From a virus (lineage: Duplodnaviria; Caudoviricetes): 64,000 nt of DNA. A program made the translations under genes and the position numbers. The notes below the pieces were generated by a model. It ran no database searches, was not told the origin of the DNA, and saw nothing but the letters and a program-made list of their open reading frames with translations. Position 1 is the stretch's first letter, and every line of letters starts with the position of its first letter. The stretch spans positions 82,653-146,652 of the IMG/VR virus record IMGVR_UViG_3300029314_000064; one strand, 5' to 3'. Shown here one piece after another: positions 53,514-63,843 of the stretch.

Positions 53514-56500
53514 TTATCCTAAAACAAATATCTTATCCCTGGATGGATCACCCAATACAATTTGTTCTTCGCCTCTATTAGAGATACCCTTAACCCCTCT
53601 GATCTCAACAACAGTTCCAGTTTGAGGCTTATCTTTTATGCCCTGATAGACTGAAGCAAACACAACGAGGTCATGGGCCTCGAAGCGATCCTCGACCTTC
53701 AAAAAAGCCATCTTGCCATTACGTGCCTTATGCTCTCTAAAACTCGTCACAATGCCTCCGACACATACTCGAGAGCGCATGGGCGCTGCTTTGTATTGCT
53801 CGTAACTCATAACATTGTTTGTGAAATTATCTTTAAGAATATCTTTATATGAATCAGAAATATAACCAAGAGTTGAATCTTTAAGTTGTTTCCACTTAAA
53901 TTCACTCAAACCTTCTAGTTCGTCAGGAACATTATCTTTTCTTAAAGCAAAATACTTCTTAAGAATCTCTTCCTGTTTGCCAAACTTTCTAAAAACATCT
54001 GCTTGAATCAATTTAATAATAACTCTCTTATTTGCAGGCCTCTTATCTAGTTTTTCAAAAAATTCCTCAAACGTCTTAACTTTTCCAACATTGTTTAATG
54101 CTATCCCTGCTTTATCTCCAATGCCCTTAATCGCAGTGATAGGCCAACATATAGAACCTTTCTTAGTAACATCAAAATCAAGAACTGCTCCACCTATGGT
54201 AGGAGAAACAAATTTAATTCCTTCCTCTAGAGCATGCTGGCGATGTGTATAAATATTTTCATTCTTCTTCAAATCATCAGAAGCAAACTGTAATGTGGAT
54301 GCATAAAACTCTTCTGGAAAGTAAGTCTTTAGCCACTGACAATAATATCCCTGTAGAGCATAGGTAGCAGCGTGGGAATTATGACTTATAATATCATTCG
54401 CAACAAAGTTATGCTCTTGGCCACACATTTCTATATCGTATGTATCTTCAAATCCTAATTTAGTAATAGATTTAATACTATCAAGATGGGTATCTCTGCC
54501 TTTATTCCATCTTTTAATTCTTTCGCCCTTCAAGTAATCGAATTTTTTATGATCAGAGTTACATAGATATAAAATATTATCAGCAGAATGTCTTAACTTA
54601 AAATCTCCACCACACTCTTCAAGAGTTTTAATATGTGCAAACTCAAATCTATCTCCTTTTTTCTTTTCTACACCACAATGTTCGCATTTAGATTTAGATC
54701 TAATAAGAACTTTCTCGCACGCTTTATAGAATAAAACTGATCTACCATCAATCCATGAAGGATTTTTGTTTCGTCCAGGAAAACCCATATTGTTGTAAGT
54801 TTTTCCTTTTGCTCTATCAGATTGATGACCTTTCTTAATGTATCCAGAAACTTCAGACATTACAACAAGATTATCGCCTTTTCTTAATTGATGTATTCTT
54901 CTGTATCCTTTATCAGTCAACAGCCTGTGATTTATTGTTGCTTTAATTTCTTTTCCATTAGCGGTCTTAATTAAATATACCATCTTACGTCCATTATAAT
55001 GAACTTTTTTCATAAAACCAGGACGTACTTTTCCATCATCACACATTTGCAAAATTTTCAATTTTCCTCTACGAATCTTATTACCCCAATCAGTATTTGA
55101 ATTTTGTGCAATAAACAATTCTCTAATAGAAATCCTTGGATCTTTTTGATACTGGTTAGCTCCGGCACGGTGAACAAGTGTACTTCCACTCAAGCACTTA
55201 TTAAATCCGTAACCAGAAAATGCAATAATTTCTTCCCACACCTGCTCACTGTGTTTTGTGGTTAAGCCTTTCTCTTTGCATCCAGAAACAAACTTATCTT
55301 TAAATGGAGTCATAAGTTTTTCATCTTTTTTCTTAATTGCAGAACGCATCATATCTGCTTCTGCCAAACTTAGTCCTCCAAGAACATTTGCCATCTGCAT
55401 GGTTTGTTCTTGGTAAATACAATTATGAACAATCATATTATCTGATATAAAAGAATGATCATCAGAATCTACTTCAATATCATAAACATCTTTTATTCCA
55501 AGATTTTTTCTATCAACTATATTATGAATACAATAATCACCACGAAGAATATTAATATATTTCTCTCTTAATTCTGGAAAATGTTTAACGATATTTCTTA
55601 TTTTGTTCTTATTTTTTGATTTAAATAAAGAAGTAGGTATTTTATTTTTCTTACAATACGCAATTAAACTTTGACCATTTTCTCTTCTATCCCTGACTAA
55701 TTTATCTACAATACCATTATGTACGAGTAAACCATAAAACGGAGTTAAATCTAATTTTTTAGAGTTTTTAAATTTAAGAAAAGGAACGATCATATCATTA
55801 AATCTTTCATTATCAACTATATATATTCTACATGAATTATCATGAGAGTAAAATGTTATCTTAAGAATGTCTAATATATTTCTCAATTGACTTAAAACAA
55901 ATTGATTTACTGTTGTATAAAAAGCAGTTCTTCCTATATGTCCGTCTCCGTCCCACATACCAGCAACTAATCTACATAACTCTTCATCACTCATTCTATA
56001 AATATTATATTTTCCTTTTTCTGGTAGATTTTTTTCATTCTTTGTCTTATGATGAACATCGCACTCTCTTAAAAATCCATAAAATTCATTTTTGTATTCA
56101 CCATCTACTCTAGAAAAACCAACATATTTTGCGGTCTTATGATTAAAAATATTCGCATCACCATGAAAATCTTCTTCAAGTATTTTTTTAATAATTTCTG
56201 CATTTCTGTTATTCTTTAAAGACCCAGAGCAATACCATGATGTGCTTTTATTCGAACAACCATCGGCTATAAATAAACCAAGAAGCCATAATTTATTATT
56301 TTCTAAAATAGATTTCTCACGCTGATACTTATTTTTAAATCTAAGCCTAAAAACGTGAGCAGCTTGTGAAGATTTAACAAAACCTTCTGTTGTGAGAATT
56401 TTATGATCTTCAGTTAAAGAAGTTCCACATTTACCATTAGTAATCAACTTTACAATATGCTTTTCGCCAGTTTTCCAGACTCTTCTAGCCTTAACTAATT

Positions 56501-58976
56501 TTCCTAATCCATTAAAAATAATATCATTACTTTTTAAATTACGAATTTCTTGTTTTCCATACAATGTAGATATTTTTGATTCACCATCTATACACAAACC
56601 ATATGTTGATTCAAGATAAGGAATAATACATTCGTGATGGTATTCAGGCTTTTCAATACCATGCTTCAAATCAATAAACTTTTCGTGTGCCCCTTCTTTC
56701 ATAGGACCAGGACGCAATAAAGCATTGCTCGCGCACAAGTCTTCAATGGAAGAAGGCTTCATTTTTCTCATAAAATCACTTTGGAGATTACTGTTGAATT
56801 GAAATACCCCAAAGTTATCACCAGCATGAAATCTCTTATACACATCTTTATCATCTACTTCTATATTCTTCAAATCTAAATCTATATCATGTCGTTTCTT
56901 AATAAGACTAATACATTTATGAAAAGCATCCAACTGTTTCACACCAAGAATATCTAATTTAAGCAACCCTCTTCTTTCACAATAAACATCTTCCCACTGT
57001 GAAATAACAACCTTTGTATTTTCTTCTTCATCTTCAAGAACCTGAGTTCTAATAGGAACCCATTCAGTAAATGGAGTTGGAGTAATCAACACACCAGCAG
57101 CATGCCGAGACATACTCTTAATTTCACCAATCATTGGCCTTACATATGTCTCAAACCAACCCTGATTCTCTTCATAAAAATTCTTAAAGTCAGGACTGAA
57201 ATCACATGCTTCTTCAATTGTCTTAGTATTAATATCTAAGCTGCCAGTAATCTTATTGATAAATACATAATCATACTGGTTGTCTCCAATTTTATAATCA
57301 AGAACTCTAGCAAAATCTTTTACCAATAATTTCACACCCATTGTTCCATAGCTACCAATAGTAAGAACTCTATCTTTGCCGTATTTTTCAACTATGTATT
57401 TCTTAACAGTTGTTCTTCCATGCCTTTCGAAATCTAAATCAACGTCTGGAAGAGCGTCTGCTGATTTAGCTCTTTCTCCAGACACACGTGTCGGATTAAG
57501 GAATCTTTCAAATAGTAACTTGTATTGGATGGGATCGATATTAGTAATATCAATGGAATAAGCGACCAAAGAACCTGCAACAGAGCCACGTGCAACACAA
57601 TGAATATTGCTGCCTCTAGACCATCTGACAATATCTTCAATGATGAGGAAATAGTCGATAAAGTTAGCCGCTTCGATTGTTTTAAGCTCAAATTTAAGTC
57701 TGTCTTTATACTCGCCGAGCTTATTTTTTGGAATGGTTGGTTTGACATTTTTAAAGAACCCCTTCCATGCTATTTTTCTAAATAGTTTTTCTTTTGTAAG
57801 ACCATCTTCGTAAAGCGGATGAGAATTTAAATCAAATGAAGGTAATTGGTGTTGTCCGATAGGAATTGTAACATTACATTTATCAGCAGCTTTGTGTGTT
57901 GATTTAATAGCTTCAACCAATTTAGATTTAGGAAGATATGGATGGTATTTTCTTCTAGACCTTTCAAAGTCATCATTAGATTTAATATATAATTCCTGAG
58001 AGTAATAACCTCTGCCACTTGATTGTGATTTTTCATCACCACCAGACCTTGCTTTTTTCCAATCAGTAAAACCAACACGAATAATTAAATCCTGAAGAAC
58101 ATGGTCACCCTTATAAGGATAGTGACAGTCTCCAGTTAGAATTATCTTAGTGTTTGTCATTTTAGACAATTTAATCATATGCTTATTCACTGTTGCTTGG
58201 TCAACCCAACTATCCCCAAGCAACTTATACATCTTCTCATAATAATCAGGCTGTATTTCTTTCAAAGAAACATGCCTATCTAATAAATCTACATATGTTC
58301 CTTTATTCTGCTCAAGATATTCTAATTTTTCATTCCTAATAGATTCTTCTTTAATTAGATTAATTTTTCTAATAACTCTTTTTAAATCACTAGAATATAC
58401 TTCTTCCATAAGTTGTATTTCAAGATATAAATTATTTCTAAATATAGATTTTAATTGAGTGATTCTTTGTAATGCCTTATCTAGTTCTCCGCCACCACCT
58501 CTGATGGCATTAGAAACCACTCCGCCCATACATGCGGTCAGAGCAGTCAAGCCATTACGAAATTTCCTTAATCTTTTAAAGTCAACCTTTGGCTTATAAT
58601 AAAAGCCTTGATTCCATGAAAAATTAGAAATCTTGAGTAGGTTCTTTAATCCTTCTTCATTCCTGGCTAACAAAACAAGGTGAGATGATTTATTCACCTG
58701 TTTATCTTTTTCTTTTGTTTTTGCAAGAGCATCATCTACAACATACGCTTCAATTCCAAAAATAGGCTTTATATTTGATTCTGGCTTAATGGCTTCGAGA
58801 TAGAAAGCCATCATGCTTGCCATATTTCCATGCTCAGTAAATGCGAATGCGTCTTTGCCTTTTTCCTTAGCTGCCTTAATAAACTCAGAAACAGGCTTTA
58901 CTCCATCCAGAATAGAAAATTCTGAATGAGCATGTAAATCAACCATCTGTCTTTCAGGAAGCCAAGAATATTTCAT
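53514..58976 (-). CDS. dnaE: DNA polymerase III alpha subunit with two inteins
   Basis: PHP domain LHAHSEFSILDG, RGS.AGS, PDVDLD, HAAGV, LKLDILG, YQEQ, GFNK/SHA, C-terminal OB fold. Confidence 0.97.
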   Translation of the reverse strand: MKYSWLPERQMVDLHAHSEFSILDGVKPVSEFIKAAKEKGKDAFAFTEHGNMASMMAFYLEAIKPESNIKPIFGIEAYVVDDALAKTKEKDKQVNKSSHLVLLARNEEGLKNLLKISNFSWNQGFYYKPKVDFKRLRKFRNGLTALTACMGGVVSNAIRGGGGELDKALQRITQLKSIFRNNLYLEIQLMEEVYSSDLKRVIRKINLIKEESIRNEKLEYLEQNKGTYVDLLDRHVSLKEIQPDYYEKMYKLLGDSWVDQATVNKHMIKLSKMTNTKIILTGDCHYPYKGDHVLQDLIIRVGFTDWKKARSGGDEKSQSSGRGYYSQELYIKSNDDFERSRRKYHPYLPKSKLVEAIKSTHKAADKCNVTIPIGQHQLPSFDLNSHPLYEDGLTKEKLFRKIAWKGFFKNVKPTIPKNKLGEYKDRLKFELKTIEAANFIDYFLIIEDIVRWSRGSNIHCVARGSVAGSLVAYSIDITNIDPIQYKLLFERFLNPTRVSGERAKSADALPDVDLDFERHGRTTVKKYIVEKYGKDRVLTIGSYGTMGVKLLVKDFARVLDYKIGDNQYDYVFINKITGSLDINTKTIEEACDFSPDFKNFYEENQGWFETYVRPMIGEIKSMSRHAAGVLITPTPFTEWVPIRTQVLEDEEENTKVVISQWEDVYCERRGLLKLDILGVKQLDAFHKCISLIKKRHDIDLDLKNIEVDDKDVYKRFHAGDNFGVFQFNSNLQSDFMRKMKPSSIEDLCASNALLRPGPMKEGAHEKFIDLKHGIEKPEYHHECIIPYLESTYGLCIDGESKISTLYGKQEIRNLKSNDIIFNGLGKLVKARRVWKTGEKHIVKLITNGKCGTSLTEDHKILTTEGFVKSSQAAHVFRLRFKNKYQREKSILENNKLWLLGLFIADGCSNKSTSWYCSGSLKNNRNAEIIKKILEEDFHGDANIFNHKTAKYVGFSRVDGEYKNEFYGFLRECDVHHKTKNEKNLPEKGKYNIYRMSDEELCRLVAGMWDGDGHIGRTAFYTTVNQFVLSQLRNILDILKITFYSHDNSCRIYIVDNERFNDMIVPFLKFKNSKKLDLTPFYGLLVHNGIVDKLVRDRRENGQSLIAYCKKNKIPTSLFKSKNKNKIRNIVKHFPELREKYINILRGDYCIHNIVDRKNLGIKDVYDIEVDSDDHSFISDNMIVHNCIYQEQTMQMANVLGGLSLAEADMMRSAIKKKDEKLMTPFKDKFVSGCKEKGLTTKHSEQVWEEIIAFSGYGFNKCLSGSTLVHRAGANQYQKDPRISIRELFIAQNSNTDWGNKIRRGKLKILQMCDDGKVRPGFMKKVHYNGRKMVYLIKTANGKEIKATINHRLLTDKGYRRIHQLRKGDNLVVMSEVSGYIKKGHQSDRAKGKTYNNMGFPGRNKNPSWIDGRSVLFYKACEKVLIRSKSKCEHCGVEKKKGDRFEFAHIKTLEECGGDFKLRHSADNILYLCNSDHKKFDYLKGERIKRWNKGRDTHLDSIKSITKLGFEDTYDIEMCGQEHNFVANDIISHNSHAATYALQGYYCQWLKTYFPEEFYASTLQFASDDLKKNENIYTHRQHALEEGIKFVSPTIGGAVLDFDVTKKGSICWPITAIKGIGDKAGIALNNVGKVKTFEEFFEKLDKRPANKRVIIKLIQADVFRKFGKQEEILKKYFALRKDNVPDELEGLSEFKWKQLKDSTLGYISDSYKDILKDNFTNNVMSYEQYKAAPMRSRVCVGGIVTSFREHKARNGKMAFLKVEDRFEAHDLVVFASVYQGIKDKPQTGTVVEIRGVKGISNRGEEQIVLGDPSRDKIFVLG
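54378..55196 (-). mobile_element. intein 2 in DnaE (273 aa) with HNH-like endonuclease
   Basis: GFNK|CLSGST...AT.NHR...YDIEM...ISHN|SHAATY; CEHCG...AHIK...NILYLCNSDH. Confidence 0.93.
55422..56594 (-). mobile_element. intein 1 in DnaE (391 aa) with LAGLIDADG endonuclease
   Basis: TYGL|CIDGES...YDIEV...IVHN|CIYQEQ; LLGLFIADG and VAGMWDGDG motifs. Confidence 0.93.
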
Positions 58977-58979
58977 ATT

Positions 58980-59639
58980 TCATCCCTTTTGTGCTGTATA
59001 CAACCACCATGTTGCACCAATACTTTTCAGGATATCCTCAGTATATTGGTGTTTCTCAAAACTATGGAAACCACAGTCAGCAAAAACATTCTTCATTGTT
59101 TCAGGATCATGAGAATACATACCACCTGTCACATAATCACGACTGCTTTCTTTATCTAAAAATATAGTATCATGATTTGATTCTTTCCACTGAGTACAAT
59201 GAATAAGTATTCTTGATTTATCCTTAGTGACACGATACGCTTCCTTAATATACTTAATGACATGATTAATATGAATATGCTGGAATACAAGTGAAGAGAA
59301 CACTACGTCGAATCTTTTATCTTCGAACGGTAATGTTCCATCACCGCTTACAGGAATAATACTGCCAAGTTGTTTCGAATCTACGAATCTATCTATAAGA
59401 CTTTGGCATGCAATTTCAGATATATCAACAGCATTATACTCTCTGATGTAATTTTTCATCCAAGCAAAAACATCTCCGTTACCACAGCCTATATCAAGAA
59501 CAGAATCTGTCTTCATTAATTTATTCACAGCATGCGGATTAAAAAGAGCATTGAATAATATATTTCCAGAATACACATCATAACCTTTAGAATGTAAATC
59601 TTCCCATAGCGTCTTATGAGTTTCAATCTTAGTGCTCAT
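58980..59639 (-). CDS. class I SAM-dependent methyltransferase
   Basis: VLDIGCGNG, AVDIS, LPFED..FDVVFS..VFQH. Confidence 0.9.
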   Translation of the reverse strand: MSTKIETHKTLWEDLHSKGYDVYSGNILFNALFNPHAVNKLMKTDSVLDIGCGNGDVFAWMKNYIREYNAVDISEIACQSLIDRFVDSKQLGSIIPVSGDGTLPFEDKRFDVVFSSLVFQHIHINHVIKYIKEAYRVTKDKSRILIHCTQWKESNHDTIFLDKESSRDYVTGGMYSHDPETMKNVFADCGFHSFEKHQYTEDILKSIGATWWLYTAQKG

Positions 59640-60942
59640 TAATATATCTCCTTGTGTTTTCTAGAAATTTTTCATTCTTAAATTTTGAATTTAATCTAAT
59701 TTCATGTAGGACTTTATCAATTAATTCCTGGCGATTGTTTACTAACTGAAAATCATTTGATCTATTTATAAATTCCAAACCAGCAATAGCCCAATCATAA
59801 AATCCTGATGACTCTTTTATCATTTTAATTAAACAATCCATAGATTTCCAATAATCTTTAACTTTATAAAAATCATAAGCAGAAAGATAATATGTGCATG
59901 CTCTTGAATAATTACTCTTAGAATACCTTATATTCACTTCTCCATTATTAACTGCTCTTGTTAATTCATTATTACTCATGACTTCATCTGCGATAAGCAA
60001 ATAACTTCCTAAATTTTTTCCACTTTCTTCTACTTCTCCAATATCTTCATGCTTTAAGACAGTTGGCTCAACATAATCATAAACATCATAATCATATTTT
60101 CTTTCAGATATTCTTTTTGTCACCTCAGATGTATCATAAATATGCAAACTATCAGACATATGAATATAGTGTCCAATATCAACATTTAATGCAGCCGCCA
60201 TAAATTCCTGAAGATGGCCAAACTGAACAAAATTCACCCCGTACAATCCTAAATGCAAATCATTTGATCTATTAGAAACTGTCATATTTAATTTATTATT
60301 TCTTATCTTAAAATAGATGGTAGTATTACATGGACGATCTTTTGTTTCATTCAAATAATAATCAAATAATGGATTCCATAAACTCACAACAGCTTGACGA
60401 GAATCTTTATCTTTCTTAAGAGACTCATAACAATGAAGAAGCTGATCCACTTGTGGTAAACTACCGACATTTACTGAAGTGTATTTTGTTAATGAAACAA
60501 ATTTCTTATCTTTTGTTTTAAATCTATTAAAGAATCTAATTCTTCTACCATAAGGTGCATTAAAATCATTACTATCATCATCAAGTTGATACTCTTTCAA
60601 TTTTGAATTAAAACTACATACCCATTCGTGATTTCCGTGACCACCAAGTATCCACATATTTTCTGCCATATTAAAGAACGGATTCGCTCTTCTTCCTGGC
60701 ATAGTGCATAACTTTTTGTGTGGAGAAATTATCTCATGGACAGCAGGTTGAATCTCATAAGTCTTTAAACCCCTTGGAGAAACAACCATGCCTTTATTCA
60801 TTATATGATCCATTGCTGAAACATATAACTTATTTGGCCTATCTCCAGAAAATACTGCTAAATCTTTAAACTGAGAATTAAAAGGAAAATCTTTTTCATC
60901 TTTGTTATTTTCACTATCACTCTTAATAAAGTCTTCCATCAT
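59629..60942 (-). CDS. thymidylate synthase-fold enzyme, probable dUMP hydroxymethylase
   Basis: NPFF..AE..W, YGRR, DQL...L..D..SRQAV, DRPCN, RSNDLHLGLYGVN (Asn indicates dUMP specificity), SLHIY. Confidence 0.85.
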   Translation of the reverse strand: MMEDFIKSDSENNKDEKDFPFNSQFKDLAVFSGDRPNKLYVSAMDHIMNKGMVVSPRGLKTYEIQPAVHEIISPHKKLCTMPGRRANPFFNMAENMWILGGHGNHEWVCSFNSKLKEYQLDDDSNDFNAPYGRRIRFFNRFKTKDKKFVSLTKYTSVNVGSLPQVDQLLHCYESLKKDKDSRQAVVSLWNPLFDYYLNETKDRPCNTTIYFKIRNNKLNMTVSNRSNDLHLGLYGVNFVQFGHLQEFMAAALNVDIGHYIHMSDSLHIYDTSEVTKRISERKYDYDVYDYVEPTVLKHEDIGEVEESGKNLGSYLLIADEVMSNNELTRAVNNGEVNIRYSKSNYSRACTYYLSAYDFYKVKDYWKSMDCLIKMIKESSGFYDWAIAGLEFINRSNDFQLVNNRQELIDKVLHEIRLNSKFKNEKFLENTRRYINEH

Positions 60943-62435
60943 ACCTCCTGAAATCCTGCAAATAATTCTTTAGGTATATCTTTCCATAAAGAATTACTAA
61001 GGATAATTTCTTTCTTAGGAACTTCCTCAATTACATCTTCTGTTACAATATTATATACCGGATTGTTTTGACCAAAATCACTTAATTTATTGCGACTTGA
61101 ATCTTCATTAAGATAAAACTCATAACCGCGTTTCTTATTTCTAACAACCTCATAATCGACCATATTCTTCTTACATATGGCAATAAATGAATCAACAAAT
61201 CTTTGCCATGTAAAATAAGTCTTACAAAAATCCATTTGTGTATTTATGATTTTAATTCGTTCTGAAAAATTCAAAGACAAAAATGACTTAATCTTTTTCT
61301 GAGCATCTTCTTTATCCTTTAAAACAAACCATGAATCAAAAACTAAATCCTTTGCAGAATGAATAAGATTATCTATAAAGCACATAGACATACAGGACGA
61401 TGTCTCCATGGTCCTTGCAGTCCACCATCCCATCTTTGATGCATCTCCAGGTTGAATCTGAACAACACAACCAGAATCATTAATATGGTCTAACAAATCC
61501 TTACGTGTTTCAACCCAACCCAAGAAATTAATACCTTCAAACCCACTCTTTGCCTCATCAGTCCATTTACCAGACACATAAGTAGGTACACCAATATCCT
61601 CATAAAATTTTCTAAATGACTTCCTTCTTCTTCTATCACCACCTGAATAAAATAATGGATACTTAATTTTTTCCTTAAACTGATAACCTTCACATAATTC
61701 ATACGAGTACGCTGGAGGAATATACTCGAACGAAAGGTGCTTTTGAAATTCTTTATATCCGCAGCGGTCAGAGTTGAATACATCTACCATATATTCGAAA
61801 TTTTCAGGAAGACAACGTGTTACAACAACAGATTTTTTATCCTGAAACATTTCATCAAAAGTACCCCAAGCACTGTCCCTTACCCATTTTTCTCCACGAT
61901 TTTCTTTAACAGGATTCGTATACCCATTCCTCTTATGGCCCCACGGATATTTTCTTCCAGCCATCTGTCTAAAGTAGAAAGGCAGTGAAGGGTCGTTGTG
62001 AAGGTAAATTACCGGCCCCTTGTGTGCATCAACCACCCGCGCAAAGCGACGAATCAGGCCCGTTTCAGACGCATCTATGCCATCATTTTGGGTTGTTTTG
62101 GCAAACGGGTCTGAAAACATAGTGTTGCCTACGCCCGCCTCAACAATCAAAACATCAACCTTAAAATCTCCTACAGGTAATTCTGCGGGAGCATAACCAA
62201 TGTTTTTTAGAAAAGGTAGTGTTTTAGGAATATTTTCTTCATCACCAAGAAGCCATCGTTCTTCTCTTGGATTATTTTTTGTTCCACGAACAAGTGGTGT
62301 GAAAATAATAACTTCATGACCACGACTAATTAATTCCTTCACCAAACCATATCTGTCATCAACTCCCGAATTAGAGGTTGAACTTAATACTTCTAAATCT
62401 ATAGGTATACAGAATTTTACTAATCCGAACCTCAT
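60939..62435 (-). CDS. GT-B glycosyltransferase resembling T4 DNA beta-glucosyltransferase
   Basis: YSGGDRRRR...FLGWV...WTARTMET.....FID parallels T4 BGT YGG..R...FTGKI...ITLRVWET.....LID. Confidence 0.7.
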   Translation of the reverse strand: MRFGLVKFCIPIDLEVLSSTSNSGVDDRYGLVKELISRGHEVIIFTPLVRGTKNNPREERWLLGDEENIPKTLPFLKNIGYAPAELPVGDFKVDVLIVEAGVGNTMFSDPFAKTTQNDGIDASETGLIRRFARVVDAHKGPVIYLHNDPSLPFYFRQMAGRKYPWGHKRNGYTNPVKENRGEKWVRDSAWGTFDEMFQDKKSVVVTRCLPENFEYMVDVFNSDRCGYKEFQKHLSFEYIPPAYSYELCEGYQFKEKIKYPLFYSGGDRRRRKSFRKFYEDIGVPTYVSGKWTDEAKSGFEGINFLGWVETRKDLLDHINDSGCVVQIQPGDASKMGWWTARTMETSSCMSMCFIDNLIHSAKDLVFDSWFVLKDKEDAQKKIKSFLSLNFSERIKIINTQMDFCKTYFTWQRFVDSFIAICKKNMVDYEVVRNKKRGYEFYLNEDSSRNKLSDFGQNNPVYNIVTEDVIEEVPKKEIILSNSLWKDIPKELFAGFQEV

Positions 62436-62444
62436 AGGTTCCCC

Positions 62445-63725
62445 TTATAGGAAGTTTGAATTCATTGGATCATTTTCTATTGACTGATCCATGAGTTGAT
62501 TATAAAACCTAAACGTACATCTCGGACATTCGTCTAAATTAATTTCTGATATCAAATTATAATGTTCTCTACTACCCCATAATTCATTAATGAAATCTTT
62601 CCTTGTTATTTTTCCATCATGCCATCTTCCTAACTGCAACTTTGGATCACCTCTTCTATCACAGCATAAATACAGTGAACCATCTGCAGAAAAAATAAGA
62701 CCTAATGGCGTAGCAGAACAGTGGCTGAAATCAAGCATTGGTTGCCACGCCGGGCCAACCTTATGAATCATACCTATGACTTTAAATGTACTGTCTTCAT
62801 ATAACTCTCTTGCTTTGATTATATTATTCTGAGATTCTTCTATCATTTCTGGAGTGTAAACTTCTTCTGGATTATCAACATATGTCGGTTTAAATTGTAT
62901 TTGATCACATCCTATTTTCTTTGCAATCCTGGCAGCCTCAAGCATAGAAGTATAACTCCATGCGTGAATATTAAATTTATATCCAACATTCAATGGGGTC
63001 TCAACGTATCTCTTTACTTCTTTTCTTAAAGCACACAACATTTCTATATTATCTACTATTGTTTTAAAAGCATCTCTATTTTTATTCTTGTGTTTTGGCT
63101 CATGCTGTTTCTTATGGTCTTCTGTATTACCAGCATCAACACTAAAGCCGGTCCATGAAGCATGCTCAATAAGAAGTTTTGCAATATCTTTTGTAAGTAA
63201 TTCTCCATTTGTAATTAATGCAATTTCAGGTAATTGCTCAAAAGATACTTCATTTCTTATATGTGAATTATAATATCTCAATTCAGAAACTTTCTGTATA
63301 AAGTCTGGAGTATGCTTGTTGAGTAGCGGTTCTCCACCTCCAGCAAGAACAATAGCATTCACCCACGTATGCCCGGATGTAGTCAGCTTTGACCACTTAG
63401 GAATAAACTCTGCTAGTGAAATCAATATATCTTTCTTTAAGACAGTTGAGTCATTTTCTTGTATTGTAGAAGAGATACACCATGGGCATCCGTGGTTGCA
63501 TGCATCAGAAGGATCTATTGTGACATACACAGGAGTCGGTATGAATTCTTTTGGTATATTACTATCAGGATAAGCACTCTTATTGTACGCCATCCATTTT
63601 TTAATTGCGATCATTCTTTTAATATGAAAAGCAGATTTCCAACTGTTGAATGGATTGAATGGACTAGAGTATTGCATAAATGGTTTCTTCTCAGAATCGT
63701 TAGGATATTGCTTTAATTTACTCAT
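62445..63725 (-). CDS. radical SAM enzyme with C-terminal SPASM/Twitch-like Cys cluster
   Basis: CNHGCPWC, GGGEPL, ITNG, C...CC...CPRC. Confidence 0.92.
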   Translation of the reverse strand: MSKLKQYPNDSEKKPFMQYSSPFNPFNSWKSAFHIKRMIAIKKWMAYNKSAYPDSNIPKEFIPTPVYVTIDPSDACNHGCPWCISSTIQENDSTVLKKDILISLAEFIPKWSKLTTSGHTWVNAIVLAGGGEPLLNKHTPDFIQKVSELRYYNSHIRNEVSFEQLPEIALITNGELLTKDIAKLLIEHASWTGFSVDAGNTEDHKKQHEPKHKNKNRDAFKTIVDNIEMLCALRKEVKRYVETPLNVGYKFNIHAWSYTSMLEAARIAKKIGCDQIQFKPTYVDNPEEVYTPEMIEESQNNIIKARELYEDSTFKVIGMIHKVGPAWQPMLDFSHCSATPLGLIFSADGSLYLCCDRRGDPKLQLGRWHDGKITRKDFINELWGSREHYNLISEINLDECPRCTFRFYNQLMDQSIENDPMNSNFL

Positions 63726-63779
63726 GACTCCTCCTTAGATAAATATATCTCATAACAACAATGTCTTTCAAGAAGAAAA

Positions 63780-63827
63780 AATAAAAGGCGCCATTGTACC
63801 GATGCAGGATACAATGGCGCCTTTATT
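63780..63827 (-). terminator. intrinsic terminator
   Basis: aaaggcgccattgta-ccgatgcagga-tacaatggcgccttt followed by a T tract on the minus strand. Confidence 0.8.
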
Positions 63828-63843
63828 CAGTTTATATTTTAAA

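Noticed and set aside
59629-60942. T4-like dCMP hydroxymethylase giving glucosyl-hmC
   Set aside because: The specificity residue is Asn rather than Asp, and dcd plus the aGPT-Pplase gene point to uracil-based chemistry; an ordinary thymidylate synthase is not fully excluded
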